Below are positions 1 through 9,741 of a stretch of 34,712 nt of DNA, in pieces. The notes beneath the pieces were generated by a model. The model saw only the letters and a list, made by a program, of their open reading frames with translations, was not told the DNA's origin and searched no databases. How positions within the stretch are numbered: the first letter of the stretch is position 1; each line of letters starts with the position of its first letter. Source of the stretch: a bacterium (lineage in GTDB: Bacteria > Muiribacteriota > UBA6191); the NCBI GenBank assembly GCA_036339875.1, contig JAYZAC010000186.1, forward strand, positions 1 to 34,712, given 5' to 3'. The position numbers and the translations under genes are program-made.

Positions 1-1725
1 GTCAATAAAATCAGGAAAAGAAAGAGTCTTACCCCCTAGACTAACTTGATTATCTTTAAATTCAATATCCTTAGCTTCAACTCCGAAATATTGGATTGCG
101 AATTGAACTAATCTCTGTCGAATTTGTCGAGCAGCAGCCTGAGCTGCTTTTCCATTTAGATCTGTACCTGAGGATGCTGCTGTGGCTGATGTATTAGGAA
201 CTTTACTAGTCGTTGTTGCTGTTATCTTAACGCGCTCTACATCCACTTGAAACTCTTGGGCAACAATCTGAGCTACCTTTGTGAAAAGCCCTTGACCCAT
301 TTCAGTGCCACCGTGATTTAAGTGGATACTTCCATCTTTATACACATGCACGAGAGCTCCAGCTTGATTCAAAAAACTGGTAGTGAATGAAATCCCGAAC
401 TTAACTGGCGAGATTGCCAAACCTTTCTTGAAAAATTTATTCTTGGAGTTAAATGCATCTACAGCCCTTCGACGCTCCTTATAATCAGATGTTCTCTCCA
501 ATTGATCCAGAATTTCAGGAGCAATATTATCTTCTACTTTTTGATGATAAGGGGTGATATTATCAGTCTCTTTTCCGTATAAATTCCTACGTCTCACCTT
601 TAGAGCATCTATTTGGAGATGCCGAGCAATCTCATCTATAATCTGCTCGATAACTATCATTCCCTGAGGACCTCCAAATCCACGAAATGCCGTATTTGAA
701 ACAGTATGAGTTTTACAGGGAATACCATGTAACTCTGCATTTTTAAGGTTATAACAATTATCAGCATGAAAAAGAGCTCTATCAAGTATGGAAGTTGAGA
801 GATCGGCAACATTACCACACTGACTGGCTAACTGCATTTTCACACCGTTTATTACACCTTCACTGTCAAAGCCCACTTCATAATCAATCTCAAAATTATG
901 ACGCTTACCAGTCATTATCATGTCATCATCTCTGCAAACTCGAATTTTTACTGGCCTACCCAGCTCATGAGCCGCAAGTCCTGCACAACAAGCCATGATT
1001 GCAGGTTGGGTCTCTTTTCCACCAAAACCACCACCCATTCTACGAACCTCAACGGTCACTTTATGAAGATCAAAATTCATGAATTCAGCGACTAAAGCCT
1101 GCACCTCGCTAGGGTGTTGAGTCGAGCTGAATACTATTAAATCATTATCTTCTTGGGGAATAGCCATAGCAATCTGCCCTTCCAGATAGAAATGGTCCTG
1201 CCCTCCAATCGTAAAGCTCCCTTTCAAATTATGCTGAGAGTTGGATATAGCTGTTTTGGCATCGCCCAGAACTAAGGTATGATCTGGAGCAACAAACGAC
1301 TCTTTTTTCAAAGCTTCCTTTATAGTAAGAATAGGCTCTAATTGCTCGTACTCTATCCGGACCATAGATGCGGCCTTACTAGCAAGCTTAAAACTATCCG
1401 CAACAATTACTGCCAAAGGCATACCTACATACTCTACTATCTCCTCTGCTAAAACTGGTTCATTAGAAAAAATGGGTGCTGCATCATTGTGTCCGATTAT
1501 ATCTTTAGCCGTATAGATTGCTTTTACACCTTCTAAAGCTAGAGCCTCTTCGGCGTTAATCGACACTATCTTCGCATGAGCCTGTGTACTCATGACTATC
1601 TGACCGTGCAGCAAGCCAGCTGGATTAGGAATATCGTCAAGGTAAATAGCCTCACCACTGACATGCTTGTGAGCACTGTCATGAACGATTGCTGAACCTA
1701 CCCCTCCGCGTAATTCAGTTGTCAT
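1..1725 (-). CDS. xdhB: Xanthine dehydrogenase molybdopterin-binding subunit (partial, runs off the left edge)
   Basis: Not in the ORF track because no stop lies in the window. Manual translation from ATG 1725 (GAGGAG RBS upstream) gives MTTELRGGVGSAIVHDSAHKHVSGEAIYLDDIP, later RRMGGGFGGKETQ, TAFRGFGGPQGM and NHGGTEMGQG. Overlaps the xdhA stop by 11 nt. Confidence 0.95.
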   Translation of the reverse strand, partial: MTTELRGGVGSAIVHDSAHKHVSGEAIYLDDIPNPAGLLHGQIVMSTQAHAKIVSINAEEALALEGVKAIYTAKDIIGHNDAAPIFSNEPVLAEEIVEYVGMPLAVIVADSFKLASKAASMVRIEYEQLEPILTIKEALKKESFVAPDHTLVLGDAKTAISNSQHNLKGSFTIGGQDHFYLEGQIAMAIPQEDNDLIVFSSTQHPSEVQALVAEFMNFDLHKVTVEVRRMGGGFGGKETQPAIMACCAGLAAHELGRPVKIRVCRDDDMIMTGKRHNFEIDYEVGFDSEGVINGVKMQLASQCGNVADLSTSILDRALFHADNCYNLKNAELHGIPCKTHTVSNTAFRGFGGPQGMIVIEQIIDEIARHLQIDALKVRRRNLYGKETDNITPYHQKVEDNIAPEILDQLERTSDYKERRRAVDAFNSKNKFFKKGLAISPVKFGISFTTSFLNQAGALVHVYKDGSIHLNHGGTEMGQGLFTKVAQIVAQEFQVDVERVKITATTTSKVPNTSATAASSGTDLNGKAAQAAARQIRQRLVQFAIQYFGVEAKDIEFKDNQVSLGGKTLSFPDFID

Positions 1726-3169
1726 AATCAAGAACTCCTCCAGAACCAATTTCTCCCGTGCTCTCCAAATAAAACCTTAACAATAAATTTTGTGAAGCTA
1801 CTGATCTATAATCAGCGGAACCCCTAAAATCAGTCATAGGTGTATAGTCTTTAGCTAACTCGAGCATTGCAGATTCTACTGTATCCTTTTGCCATTTCTT
1901 AAGTCTGAGAAAATTCTCAGCACCATATGCTCTTCTTGGAGTGGCTGCCATACCCCCATAGCATATACGTATGTCTGTTACTTGCTCCCCATTTAGACGT
2001 AAGCAATATGCAGCACAAACACTCGAGATATCTTGATCGAATCTCTTACTGAGTTTATAAGTTCTAAAATATAAATTCTCATTTAAGCGAGGGATTACAA
2101 TCGTTTTAAGGATTTCATCAGACTGCAAAGCCGTTTTGCGATAATCTAGAAAAAATTTATCCAGAGGCATTTCACGATCTCCGGACTGTGAACTGATCAC
2201 AACTTTTGCTCCCAAAGCCACTAAGGATGGTGGAGAATCGCCAATTGGACTTGCATTCACAAGGTTACCACCAATCGTACCTGAATTACGTATCTGACGC
2301 GAACCAAGACGTAGGAGCATCTCACAAAAAGATGGGTAATAGGCGGTTAACTTTTCTAGAACTTCGGAGTAAGTAACCGCTGCACCAATACTTACTGAAT
2401 CTGAATCAATTGTAATACTTGATAGTTCAGGAACCTCAGTCACTTGAATTATAGTCTCCAAATGCATCTTGCGCTTCGTTACGTATAGACCAAGATCAGT
2501 ACCCCCAGCGAGGAGAAAACTATTGGGGTATTCAGCTTTCAATCTCAATAAAGTACTTAAATTCCTAGGGATGAAATAGTTTCCATTTGTCTGCACTACC
2601 TCTACGTCTACCCCATCTCGTAGTCGCTCTAATCGACTCTTTATGCCAAGCATTGCTTGATCCCAATAGTGCGATGGTCGCGTATCAACGGCTGCTCGAG
2701 CAGCGTCCAAGATCGGTCTATAACCGGTACAACGACAAAGATTTCCTATTAGTGCGTCATTAATTGACTCGAAGCTTGGGTTTTCTTCGGAATAATATAG
2801 AGCGAATAGGCTCATGATAAAGCCAGGGGTACAAAAACCGCACTGAGATCCATGTAAATCTACCATGGCTTGTTGAACTGGATGGAGAACTCCATCTGAA
2901 CTTTTGAGATCTTCTACCGTGAGAACTTGTTTGCCGTCTAGGGAAGCAATGAAAACAATACAAGAATTTACAGCTTTACAGCTCAATTGACCATCATTAC
3001 ACTCCACAAGAACAACGGTACAAGCACCGCAATCACCCTCGGCGCAACCCTCTTTTGTTCCACAACGCCGTTGTTCCTCGCGAAGAAAGTCCAATAAAGT
3101 CATATTGGAATCTAGACTAGAGAGTTCAATTAATCGATCAGACAGAAAAAATCGCACGGATTGACGCAT
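1715..3169 (-). CDS. xdhA: Xanthine dehydrogenase small subunit (2x[2Fe-2S] and FAD)
   Basis: GTKEGCAEGDCGAC, SQCGFCTPG, GNLCRCTGY, AGGTDL, NASPIGD and YKLSKRFDQDIS motifs; adjacent to xdhB. Confidence 0.96.
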   Translation of the reverse strand: MRQSVRFFLSDRLIELSSLDSNMTLLDFLREEQRRCGTKEGCAEGDCGACTVVLVECNDGQLSCKAVNSCIVFIASLDGKQVLTVEDLKSSDGVLHPVQQAMVDLHGSQCGFCTPGFIMSLFALYYSEENPSFESINDALIGNLCRCTGYRPILDAARAAVDTRPSHYWDQAMLGIKSRLERLRDGVDVEVVQTNGNYFIPRNLSTLLRLKAEYPNSFLLAGGTDLGLYVTKRKMHLETIIQVTEVPELSSITIDSDSVSIGAAVTYSEVLEKLTAYYPSFCEMLLRLGSRQIRNSGTIGGNLVNASPIGDSPPSLVALGAKVVISSQSGDREMPLDKFFLDYRKTALQSDEILKTIVIPRLNENLYFRTYKLSKRFDQDISSVCAAYCLRLNGEQVTDIRICYGGMAATPRRAYGAENFLRLKKWQKDTVESAMLELAKDYTPMTDFRGSADYRSVASQNLLLRFYLESTGEIGSGGVLDYDN

Positions 3170-3689
3170 GCTGCCCCCAGTAAAAAGTGCTGAAATCGGC
3201 TTGACAGTGTAACTTCTTAAAGCTATGTGAAATCAAAAGAATAACAATCACGGAGGACTATATTTTAGCATACTGAGACTTAACTCGCTCAATCCAGACT
3301 TTAATAAATAAAGTCCTAATAAATTAGATATTCAGTAAGTCACATTTTGTCCGACAGTATTATCTATGGAAACAAAACTCTTGACCGTCTTTTCCAAATA
3401 ACTAAAACATTCTGAAGGTGTTCACTAACAAGGGTAACTTCATAGCCTCTTAACTCAAGTGATAATCTGTAAGATACCTGCATATTCTATACAAAAATGA
3501 TGTTTAATAACCTGTAAAATCTAAATATTAGAATAACAATTTCTGAAGACCTCGATAAACTGTAGATCGTCTTTTTTAATTTGGGTTCATAACGGACTTG
3601 CGCGAGTAATTAAGTTTTTACAGGATTCAGACTACGATAATTAAACAATGAAGGTTCCAGATACTCACTGTTAGTAGGTCAAGAAGACC

Positions 3690-3719
3690 TTGTTACGAAT
3701 AATTCTTCGATGCTATACT
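3690..3719 (+). promoter_or_regulatory. Putative sigma70 promoter for the FecR-domain gene
   Basis: TTGTTA (3690-3695), N18, extended -10 TGcTATACT (3711-3719); GGGAG RBS at 3802-3806 before ATG 3816. Confidence 0.5.
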
Positions 3720-3815
3720 CCCTCGAGATTCGCTTTGCGCTAATGGGAACGCGATGGGAGCAGTCAGAGGCGCATATCTTGTAATTCTCAAGAAAGAGAT
3801 TGGGAGCTTGAATAC

Positions 3816-6800
3816 ATGAGAGCTTTTTGGGCAGTGATAGCCTTATCTATATTCATTTTTTCTTCTTCAGCGTCAGTTAATAAAGGAACTATAAAATTCA
3901 TCGAAGGAAAAGCTGATGTTCTGAGAGGTATTCAGCGAATCAATGCAAAACTTGGTCAGGTACTGAATGCCGGAGACATAATTAACGTTAGAGAGAACTC
4001 ACAAGTTTCAATAGAACTTCAAGATACAGGACTTCTTAAAATCTCAGCACGTACCAAGTTTCAAATCCCTAAAACTGAAAAAACTTCAACTAAAACATCA
4101 AAAATTACTCTATTTTTTGGTGGATTGTGGGTTAAGGCTAAGAAACTCGCGAAAGGAGAATCCTTCGAAATCAAAACCCCAACTGCAACTGCTGGAGTAC
4201 GGGGAACTGAATTTGGGACCGATTTTGAACCCGCAGATGACACGTCCTATCAAGCGCTAGACTCTATGAGTGGGGACTTTGATTCTAATGCTTTCGAATC
4301 TGCAGAAGGCGAAACTGGAGTAGATGTTAGTGAGGGAGAGGTAGAAGCAATGGATGATTCGGGTAATACTTTTGCGGTAACGCCAGGGTTTTCATTTTCT
4401 GCTGCTCCAGATGGAGCAAGGGTAGAGTACAACCCAGTTAAAGTTCAACAAAGGCAAAATAAAGCAGACTCTACTCCTGATGATAATAGTGCAGCGGCAA
4501 AGGCAAAAGCACAACAAGCAGAAAAAGCCGCACAAGCAAAGCTTGATGCAGCAAAAAAGCGAGCAGCGAACCAAGCGGCTCGAAGGGCCGCAGAAGCAAA
4601 ACGTAAAGCCCGACAGCAAAAACAAAGAGATGAAGCTAAGAAAAGAGCTGCTGAAGCTAAGAAAAAAGCTGCTGCTGAAGCAAAAAAGAAAGAGGCCGAA
4701 CGAAAGAAAAAAGAGGCTGAAGCGAAAAAGAAAGCTGAAGCAAAAAAGAAAGCTGAAGCTGCTGCCAAAGCAAAAGCCGCTGCTGAGGCTAAAGCAAAAG
4801 CCGCCGCTGAAGCTAAAGCAAAAGCTGCCGCTGAAGCTAAAGCAAAAGCTGAGGCTGAAGCTAAGTCAAAAGCTGAGGCTGAAGCTAAGTCAAAAGCTGA
4901 GGCTGAAGCTAAAGCAAAAGCTGAGGCTGAAGCTAAGTCAAAAGCTGAGGCTGAAGCTAAGTCAAAAGCTGAGGCTGAAGCTAAGTCAAAAGCTGAGGCC
5001 GCAGCAAAAGAAGCAGCTGAATCTGCCGCGAAAGAAGCTGCTGAGGCCGCAGCAAAAGAAGCCGCTGAGGCCGCAGCAAAAGAAGCTGCTGAGGCCGCAG
5101 CAAAGGAAGCTGCTGAAACCTCTACAAAGGAAGAGACAGAAACGAAAAGCGAGGATAAATCTATCTCAAACTCAGAACAAGAAGAAGATTCTGGTACAAC
5201 TGAAGATCAAGCTTCAGAGCAAGAAGAAACATCCGAAGAAGTTGAAAATATTGATGATGATGAGATAAGAAGAAAGATAACGGAGGATAATACCGCGGTT
5301 AAAGTAGATGAGCTCGGTGATGCCCTTGCAATAATTGAAGCAAATAAGATCAAGATAAATGAGTTACAGCTTCAAGTACAAGCCGTAAGTACGAATACTG
5401 ATCTGCCTGAATCGGATAGAGAGATTTTAATTTCTGAATTACGATCTCTCATCGATGCTTTGGTTGAAGCAAACCGGAGTGCCACTGCTATAACCCAAGC
5501 ATTAGCTTCTGATGGAGACCTTGCAGCTCTGGTCACTAATTCTCAAGCAGAATTGCAAAGTGCGCAGGATGCCGCTGCCCAGGGTGAAGCTGCAAACGTA
5601 CAAGCGGCCACACTGGACATAACCTCTCAACTAGAGGATATTAATGCAGAAATTAGAACTTTAAACGCCTTACTTTCGCTAACTAATGAACAACAAACAA
5701 GATTAAATTTTCTAGCACAAAGTAAGCAAGCACTAACGGCGGAACTAGAAGAAAACCTAATTATATTAGACAATCTTGATGTACAGAATCAGGACATTCT
5801 AGATGCCTTAAATCAAATTGAAATAGCCGCCAAATCCGCAACAATAGAACAAAGTTATCAAGTTCTAGAGCAAACCATCAATAGTCAGAAGGAAAGATTA
5901 GAAGAAATAAGTACGCTACTGTTTGCCCTAGTCGAAAATGATGAATTATCTCCAAATCAAAAAGTGACTGCTGCAAACCAACTGAAACAAGAAGCTACAT
6001 CAATTCACCAATCCATAGAAAACCAAAAAGAACAATTCTTAGAATTGGATAATGATGGCGATATAACTGTCGAAACTACTGAATCTAATGGCCAAACTGT
6101 AACCATTAACTTAGTCGATAAGTTAATTGAACAAGACCTAAATCTCACCAATGAACTCGTAAATTCTTTGAATGAAACCATCACAAATTTTCAAACTGAA
6201 CTATTTACATCTCCTAGCGCTGTGCAACAATTTAGGATACAAGAACTATCTGCGATGTTTTTACAGATACGTGGAGGATTGGGAAATATCGAAAATAAAA
6301 TTCGAACAATTCAAGCCGAAGAAAACCTTTCTGCTCAACAAAAAAGTACTAGAATATCAGCTCTCAAAAATGAAGCATCAAACCTCACCGATAATGCCAA
6401 ATCAAACCTCCAAGAATTATCCTCACTAGGAGCTACTGAACAAATATTAGAAAATGCATTTGATGAAATAAATCAGATTCAATCTATCAAAGCAGTGATC
6501 GATAATCTGGGACTTGTAGAGGTTGAGATAGATTTTTCTAACATCTTTGGAAACCATAACTCTCTAAAAAGAATTAAGAACATAGTCTTACCTGTTAGGT
6601 ATCGTAATAAAAATTACAGTATAAAGATTGATGAAGCAGATTTGGCAAACCATAAAAAAGTTCGCGAGATAATCGAACGAGAACTGCAGCTTAATATGTT
6701 GATGGAGAAAGATCAGTTAGATGAACATTATCGGTTACAAGAGCTTAAAAGATTAAACAAAGAGAAAAATCGCTCGCTTAAAGAAAATGATTACAATCCT

Positions 6801-6854
6801 GCCACTGGCACTAAGGATGGCAGAGGCTTTATTCTCCCACTAACTATCAGATAA
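3816..6854 (+). CDS. Secreted FecR-domain protein with TolA-like Ala/Lys/Glu repeat helix and long coiled-coil C-terminus (1012 aa)
   Basis: N-terminal signal peptide; FecR signature LNAGD..FEIKTPTATAGVRGTEF; AKAKAEAE-type repeats; acidic linker; heptad-rich Leu/Gln/Glu C-terminal half. Confidence 0.8.
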   Translation: MRAFWAVIALSIFIFSSSASVNKGTIKFIEGKADVLRGIQRINAKLGQVLNAGDIINVRENSQVSIELQDTGLLKISARTKFQIPKTEKTSTKTSKITLFFGGLWVKAKKLAKGESFEIKTPTATAGVRGTEFGTDFEPADDTSYQALDSMSGDFDSNAFESAEGETGVDVSEGEVEAMDDSGNTFAVTPGFSFSAAPDGARVEYNPVKVQQRQNKADSTPDDNSAAAKAKAQQAEKAAQAKLDAAKKRAANQAARRAAEAKRKARQQKQRDEAKKRAAEAKKKAAAEAKKKEAERKKKEAEAKKKAEAKKKAEAAAKAKAAAEAKAKAAAEAKAKAAAEAKAKAEAEAKSKAEAEAKSKAEAEAKAKAEAEAKSKAEAEAKSKAEAEAKSKAEAAAKEAAESAAKEAAEAAAKEAAEAAAKEAAEAAAKEAAETSTKEETETKSEDKSISNSEQEEDSGTTEDQASEQEETSEEVENIDDDEIRRKITEDNTAVKVDELGDALAIIEANKIKINELQLQVQAVSTNTDLPESDREILISELRSLIDALVEANRSATAITQALASDGDLAALVTNSQAELQSAQDAAAQGEAANVQAATLDITSQLEDINAEIRTLNALLSLTNEQQTRLNFLAQSKQALTAELEENLIILDNLDVQNQDILDALNQIEIAAKSATIEQSYQVLEQTINSQKERLEEISTLLFALVENDELSPNQKVTAANQLKQEATSIHQSIENQKEQFLELDNDGDITVETTESNGQTVTINLVDKLIEQDLNLTNELVNSLNETITNFQTELFTSPSAVQQFRIQELSAMFLQIRGGLGNIENKIRTIQAEENLSAQQKSTRISALKNEASNLTDNAKSNLQELSSLGATEQILENAFDEINQIQSIKAVIDNLGLVEVEIDFSNIFGNHNSLKRIKNIVLPVRYRNKNYSIKIDEADLANHKKVREIIERELQLNMLMEKDQLDEHYRLQELKRLNKEKNRSLKENDYNPATGTKDGRGFILPLTIR
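4764..5123 (+). repeat. Intragenic 24-nt tandem repeat, 15 units (8 aa each)
   Basis: AKAKAAAE x3, AK(A/S)KAEA(E/A) x7, AKEAAE(A/S/T)(A/S) x5; includes an exact 72-nt duplication (4836-4907 = 4908-4979). Confidence 0.95.
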
Positions 6855-8225
6855 ATATAAACTCTCATCAACAAAGCCTGAGCTTAATTTAGAATCAAAA
6901 TCAGTATTAGACTCAGTAGCTTTCAGAACTTCTTTTATCACCTTCTGAAGTCGTTGCTGATCTATTGGGTTTTGAGGGTAATTTTTAGCCAACTGTGTAA
7001 TCAAATGATTGAGCTTGCCACCTAACTGATGGGCTGATTTTTGCGAAAAATTATTAAGTTTATCAATAATCTCATTCTTTAATTGCGACGACATTTGAGA
7101 TTCTTTATCAATATCGCGAAAAATATCATTAATAAAACCACTAAATTTCCTATTATGCTGCTCGATCAAAAACTTCTTATAATCATTCATAGATTGCATT
7201 AATGGCGCTAACTTATACAGCGATAGCCAAAATTCTAAATCTAAAACCTCTTGCTTAATGATTTGATGAGCAAGTTGGGCTTGTAGTTCCCTTTCCTGTT
7301 TATTTTTATCTACTACATCCTTCAAGTCTTCAATACCGTAGTGAAAAACATTATCTATCTTATTACAATCTGGATCCAGAACTCTGGGTAAACTGATATC
7401 TATCAAGAATAGAGGTTTATATCGTCTTCGCGGCATCAAACTATCTAGGTAGTCTCGTGTGAGAATATACCCATCGAAATTCATGGCTCCGAAAATCATA
7501 TCAACTTCAAGAATCAGACTCTCTAACATTTCAAGATTCGCGCATGTCATTCTTTCATCGTACCTTTGAATTAACTTATTAGCTCTATCAAAGGTTCGAT
7601 TAAGGACTGTAACTTTGCTCACTTTGGTAGTTGTAAGATGGTCAAGAGTTAGACGCCCCATTTCACCAGCACCGAGAAGTATTAACTCAGCACTCTCAAG
7701 GCTTCTGAAGACCTTCCGACCCAGTTCTACAGCCGCTTGCGATATCGAGACTGCTCCTTTAGATATTCCAGTTTCAGTCCTAACTCTCTTACCTGTTTTG
7801 ACTGTTTGTTCAAAAAGTCGATTGAGAACTTTGGATGTATATCCAATTTCCTTAGCTTTTAGATATGAATCACGTACTTGTCCTAAAATTTGTGACTCTC
7901 CGAGAATTACCGAATCCAAGCTACTTACAACCTCCATAAGATGCTGGATACATTCGTTACCATGCAAACAATAAAAATGACTACTAAAGTCTGAGCTAGA
8001 CACTTTGAAGAAAGATTTAAACATGTCTATAATAATTTCTGACCGATCCGCAGCGAAGTACAATTCCACTCTGTTACAAGTTTGCATTGGTACCATTTCA
8101 AAGTAAAATCCCTTTATACTCATATGGTCATAGAAACCTGCCGACTTATCTTCACTTAGAAAGTACGTTTCTAAGGTTTTCATTGAAGCCGTCTTATGAT
8201 TAGCACCTATAACAAAAACTACCAT
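6840..8225 (-). CDS. hemA: Glutamyl-tRNA reductase
   Basis: GANHKTA, TCNRVELY (catalytic Cys), GESQILGQVR, GAGEMG NADPH-binding motif, IDISLPR. Confidence 0.95.
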   Translation of the reverse strand: MVVFVIGANHKTASMKTLETYFLSEDKSAGFYDHMSIKGFYFEMVPMQTCNRVELYFAADRSEIIIDMFKSFFKVSSSDFSSHFYCLHGNECIQHLMEVVSSLDSVILGESQILGQVRDSYLKAKEIGYTSKVLNRLFEQTVKTGKRVRTETGISKGAVSISQAAVELGRKVFRSLESAELILLGAGEMGRLTLDHLTTTKVSKVTVLNRTFDRANKLIQRYDERMTCANLEMLESLILEVDMIFGAMNFDGYILTRDYLDSLMPRRRYKPLFLIDISLPRVLDPDCNKIDNVFHYGIEDLKDVVDKNKQERELQAQLAHQIIKQEVLDLEFWLSLYKLAPLMQSMNDYKKFLIEQHNRKFSGFINDIFRDIDKESQMSSQLKNEIIDKLNNFSQKSAHQLGGKLNHLITQLAKNYPQNPIDQQRLQKVIKEVLKATESNTDFDSKLSSGFVDESLYLSDS

Positions 8226-8237
8226 TTCTACTGAGCC

Positions 8238-9098
8238 CTAAAACTTGTGAATTCCTATCATTGAAAAAATTGCAAAAATTTGAAGTAGGTAACAAGCTAT
8301 TGCTATGTAGGCGAGTTTTTTGCCTAGTGCACCTAGAGAAAATCTAATATGAAAGTAAATTAAATAAACGAACCAAGCTATGAAAATCATCCACTCTCTA
8401 GGACCAACATTCAAGAAGGTTTGACCTATTCGGTGATGGTATACGGCACCACTTAAAATAGACAGAGTCAAACAGAGAAATCCTAGAAGTGTGCTTTGAT
8501 GCCCCATTTCCTCTAAGATATTAATGGATGGCAATCTTTCAAACCAAAAGTCCCACATTTTCTTTTTCAATCGAGACTCCATCATGAGATAAAGTATTGA
8601 ATTGACGAAAGATAAATTAAAAAATGAGATTGCAAGCACAGACAACACTGAGTGTATGTTACGAACCCAATGTAAACTCCCAAGATTGAATCCTGTTCCA
8701 AGATTGCCCCCATCTACAATAACCTGTCTCATATGTAGCCCAACACTCAACTGATGCATCACAGCCACAATAAAAAGTATAAAGCCTGGCAAGACGTAAA
8801 ACACGCCTAGGTGCTTTAACTTGAACTTTTGTTGGATTAGTAAATAACCAACAGAAACAAAAATCATCATGAATGAGACCATTACTAGTCGGTTGTATAG
8901 TGAGTATTGGTCGCTAGCCGCCAAATGCAAGCCTAAATCCAGTGCATGGCAAAGTACCCCAAGAATAAGCATGGAGTTACCAAGAGAGTCAGTCTTTAAA
9001 CACTTCGTAAAAAAACTTCGAAAATAACAAACACTGGTCACAAAATAGAAACCAGTTGCCATTAACAGCAAAAAACTATGTCCTTGTTCAGTCAACAT
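8238..9098 (-). CDS. ccsA: CcsA/HemX-family cytochrome c assembly membrane protein
   Basis: About 8 TM segments, IHSVLSVLA, RLPS..LE, GF..LT..I.SG pattern; usual position upstream of hemA. ATG 9098 preferred over TTG 9104. Confidence 0.8.
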   Translation of the reverse strand: MLTEQGHSFLLLMATGFYFVTSVCYFRSFFTKCLKTDSLGNSMLILGVLCHALDLGLHLAASDQYSLYNRLVMVSFMMIFVSVGYLLIQQKFKLKHLGVFYVLPGFILFIVAVMHQLSVGLHMRQVIVDGGNLGTGFNLGSLHWVRNIHSVLSVLAISFFNLSFVNSILYLMMESRLKKKMWDFWFERLPSINILEEMGHQSTLLGFLCLTLSILSGAVYHHRIGQTFLNVGPREWMIFIAWFVYLIYFHIRFSLGALGKKLAYIAIACYLLQIFAIFSMIGIHKF

Positions 9099-9187
9099 AT
9101 TCAATTATTTTACGTTATGATTCCATTTTAATAGAAGATTTACCACAACCATGCCCAAATCGACTAGTTTTTCGGTACAATATATAT

Positions 9188-9694
9188 ATGGAAAAAGAGG
9201 CATTTGCACAAAAACTACTAGTGCCTGAGCTAGATAACGGTTCAAAAGAATCTCAGAATTGCGATCATTTCATACAGCAATTAATGCCGCTACTTGAACA
9301 TATTCGACGAAATTCACCTCGTACTTATCAACAGGCCATTGATCAATTCCGTTTACATTGGGAAAGTAAAATTCACAGTGCAAATTTGCAAGATACACTA
9401 GAGTATCTTCTCATTTACTTGAAGCAGAACTTCGGAATGCAATTTTATTTAGAAGAGAGCGAAGACAGCTTTTACCTCGAATCACTCCATTGTCCTCTTG
9501 TTCAAGCCTTAAATCTTCGTGGTAATAGTGGAGAAATTGAAAGAAAAACGCTTTGCTACCATTGCTCAAATTATCACTATCTAAAGTTTCTAGATCTACA
9601 TTCAGCCGCCAGCCATCTGTCTCTACATCCAACTGGCTGCCAGTTCGTAATAGAAAAAACAGGAGAAGATCAAATTAACCCACTTTTCTACTAG
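9188..9694 (+). CDS. Cys/His-rich hypothetical protein resembling a SufR C-terminal / V4R-like ligand-binding domain, no HTH
   Basis: ATG 9188 (MEKEAFAQ) avoids the overlap with ccsA; motif FYLESLHCP...LCYHC...GCQFVI. Confidence 0.6.
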   Translation: MEKEAFAQKLLVPELDNGSKESQNCDHFIQQLMPLLEHIRRNSPRTYQQAIDQFRLHWESKIHSANLQDTLEYLLIYLKQNFGMQFYLEESEDSFYLESLHCPLVQALNLRGNSGEIERKTLCYHCSNYHYLKFLDLHSAASHLSLHPTGCQFVIEKTGEDQINPLFY

Positions 9695-9741
9695 AGGTAA
9701 ATCAACGACTTTACAGGAGATCAACAAGTTGAAAATGTAGT

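Noticed and set aside
795..1095. Two short plus-strand ORFs
   Set aside because: Antisense to xdhB, which the ORF track missed.
3201..3257. TTGACA-N17-TATGTG followed by GGAGGA
   Set aside because: Poor -10 and no start codon or ORF after the RBS-like motif.
3711..3806. CTCCC/GGGAG hairpin that could alternatively sequester the FecR gene RBS
   Set aside because: CTCCC overlaps the predicted -10 element and would lie upstream of the transcription start; the stem is weak.
4764..5123. CRISPR array
   Set aside because: Contiguous in-frame coding repeats with no unique spacers and no cas genes.
4392..5268. Alternative-frame and antisense ORFs (262 aa Lys/Leu-rich, 107 aa Ala/Phe-rich)
   Set aside because: Shadows of the stop-poor Ala/Lys/Glu repeat.
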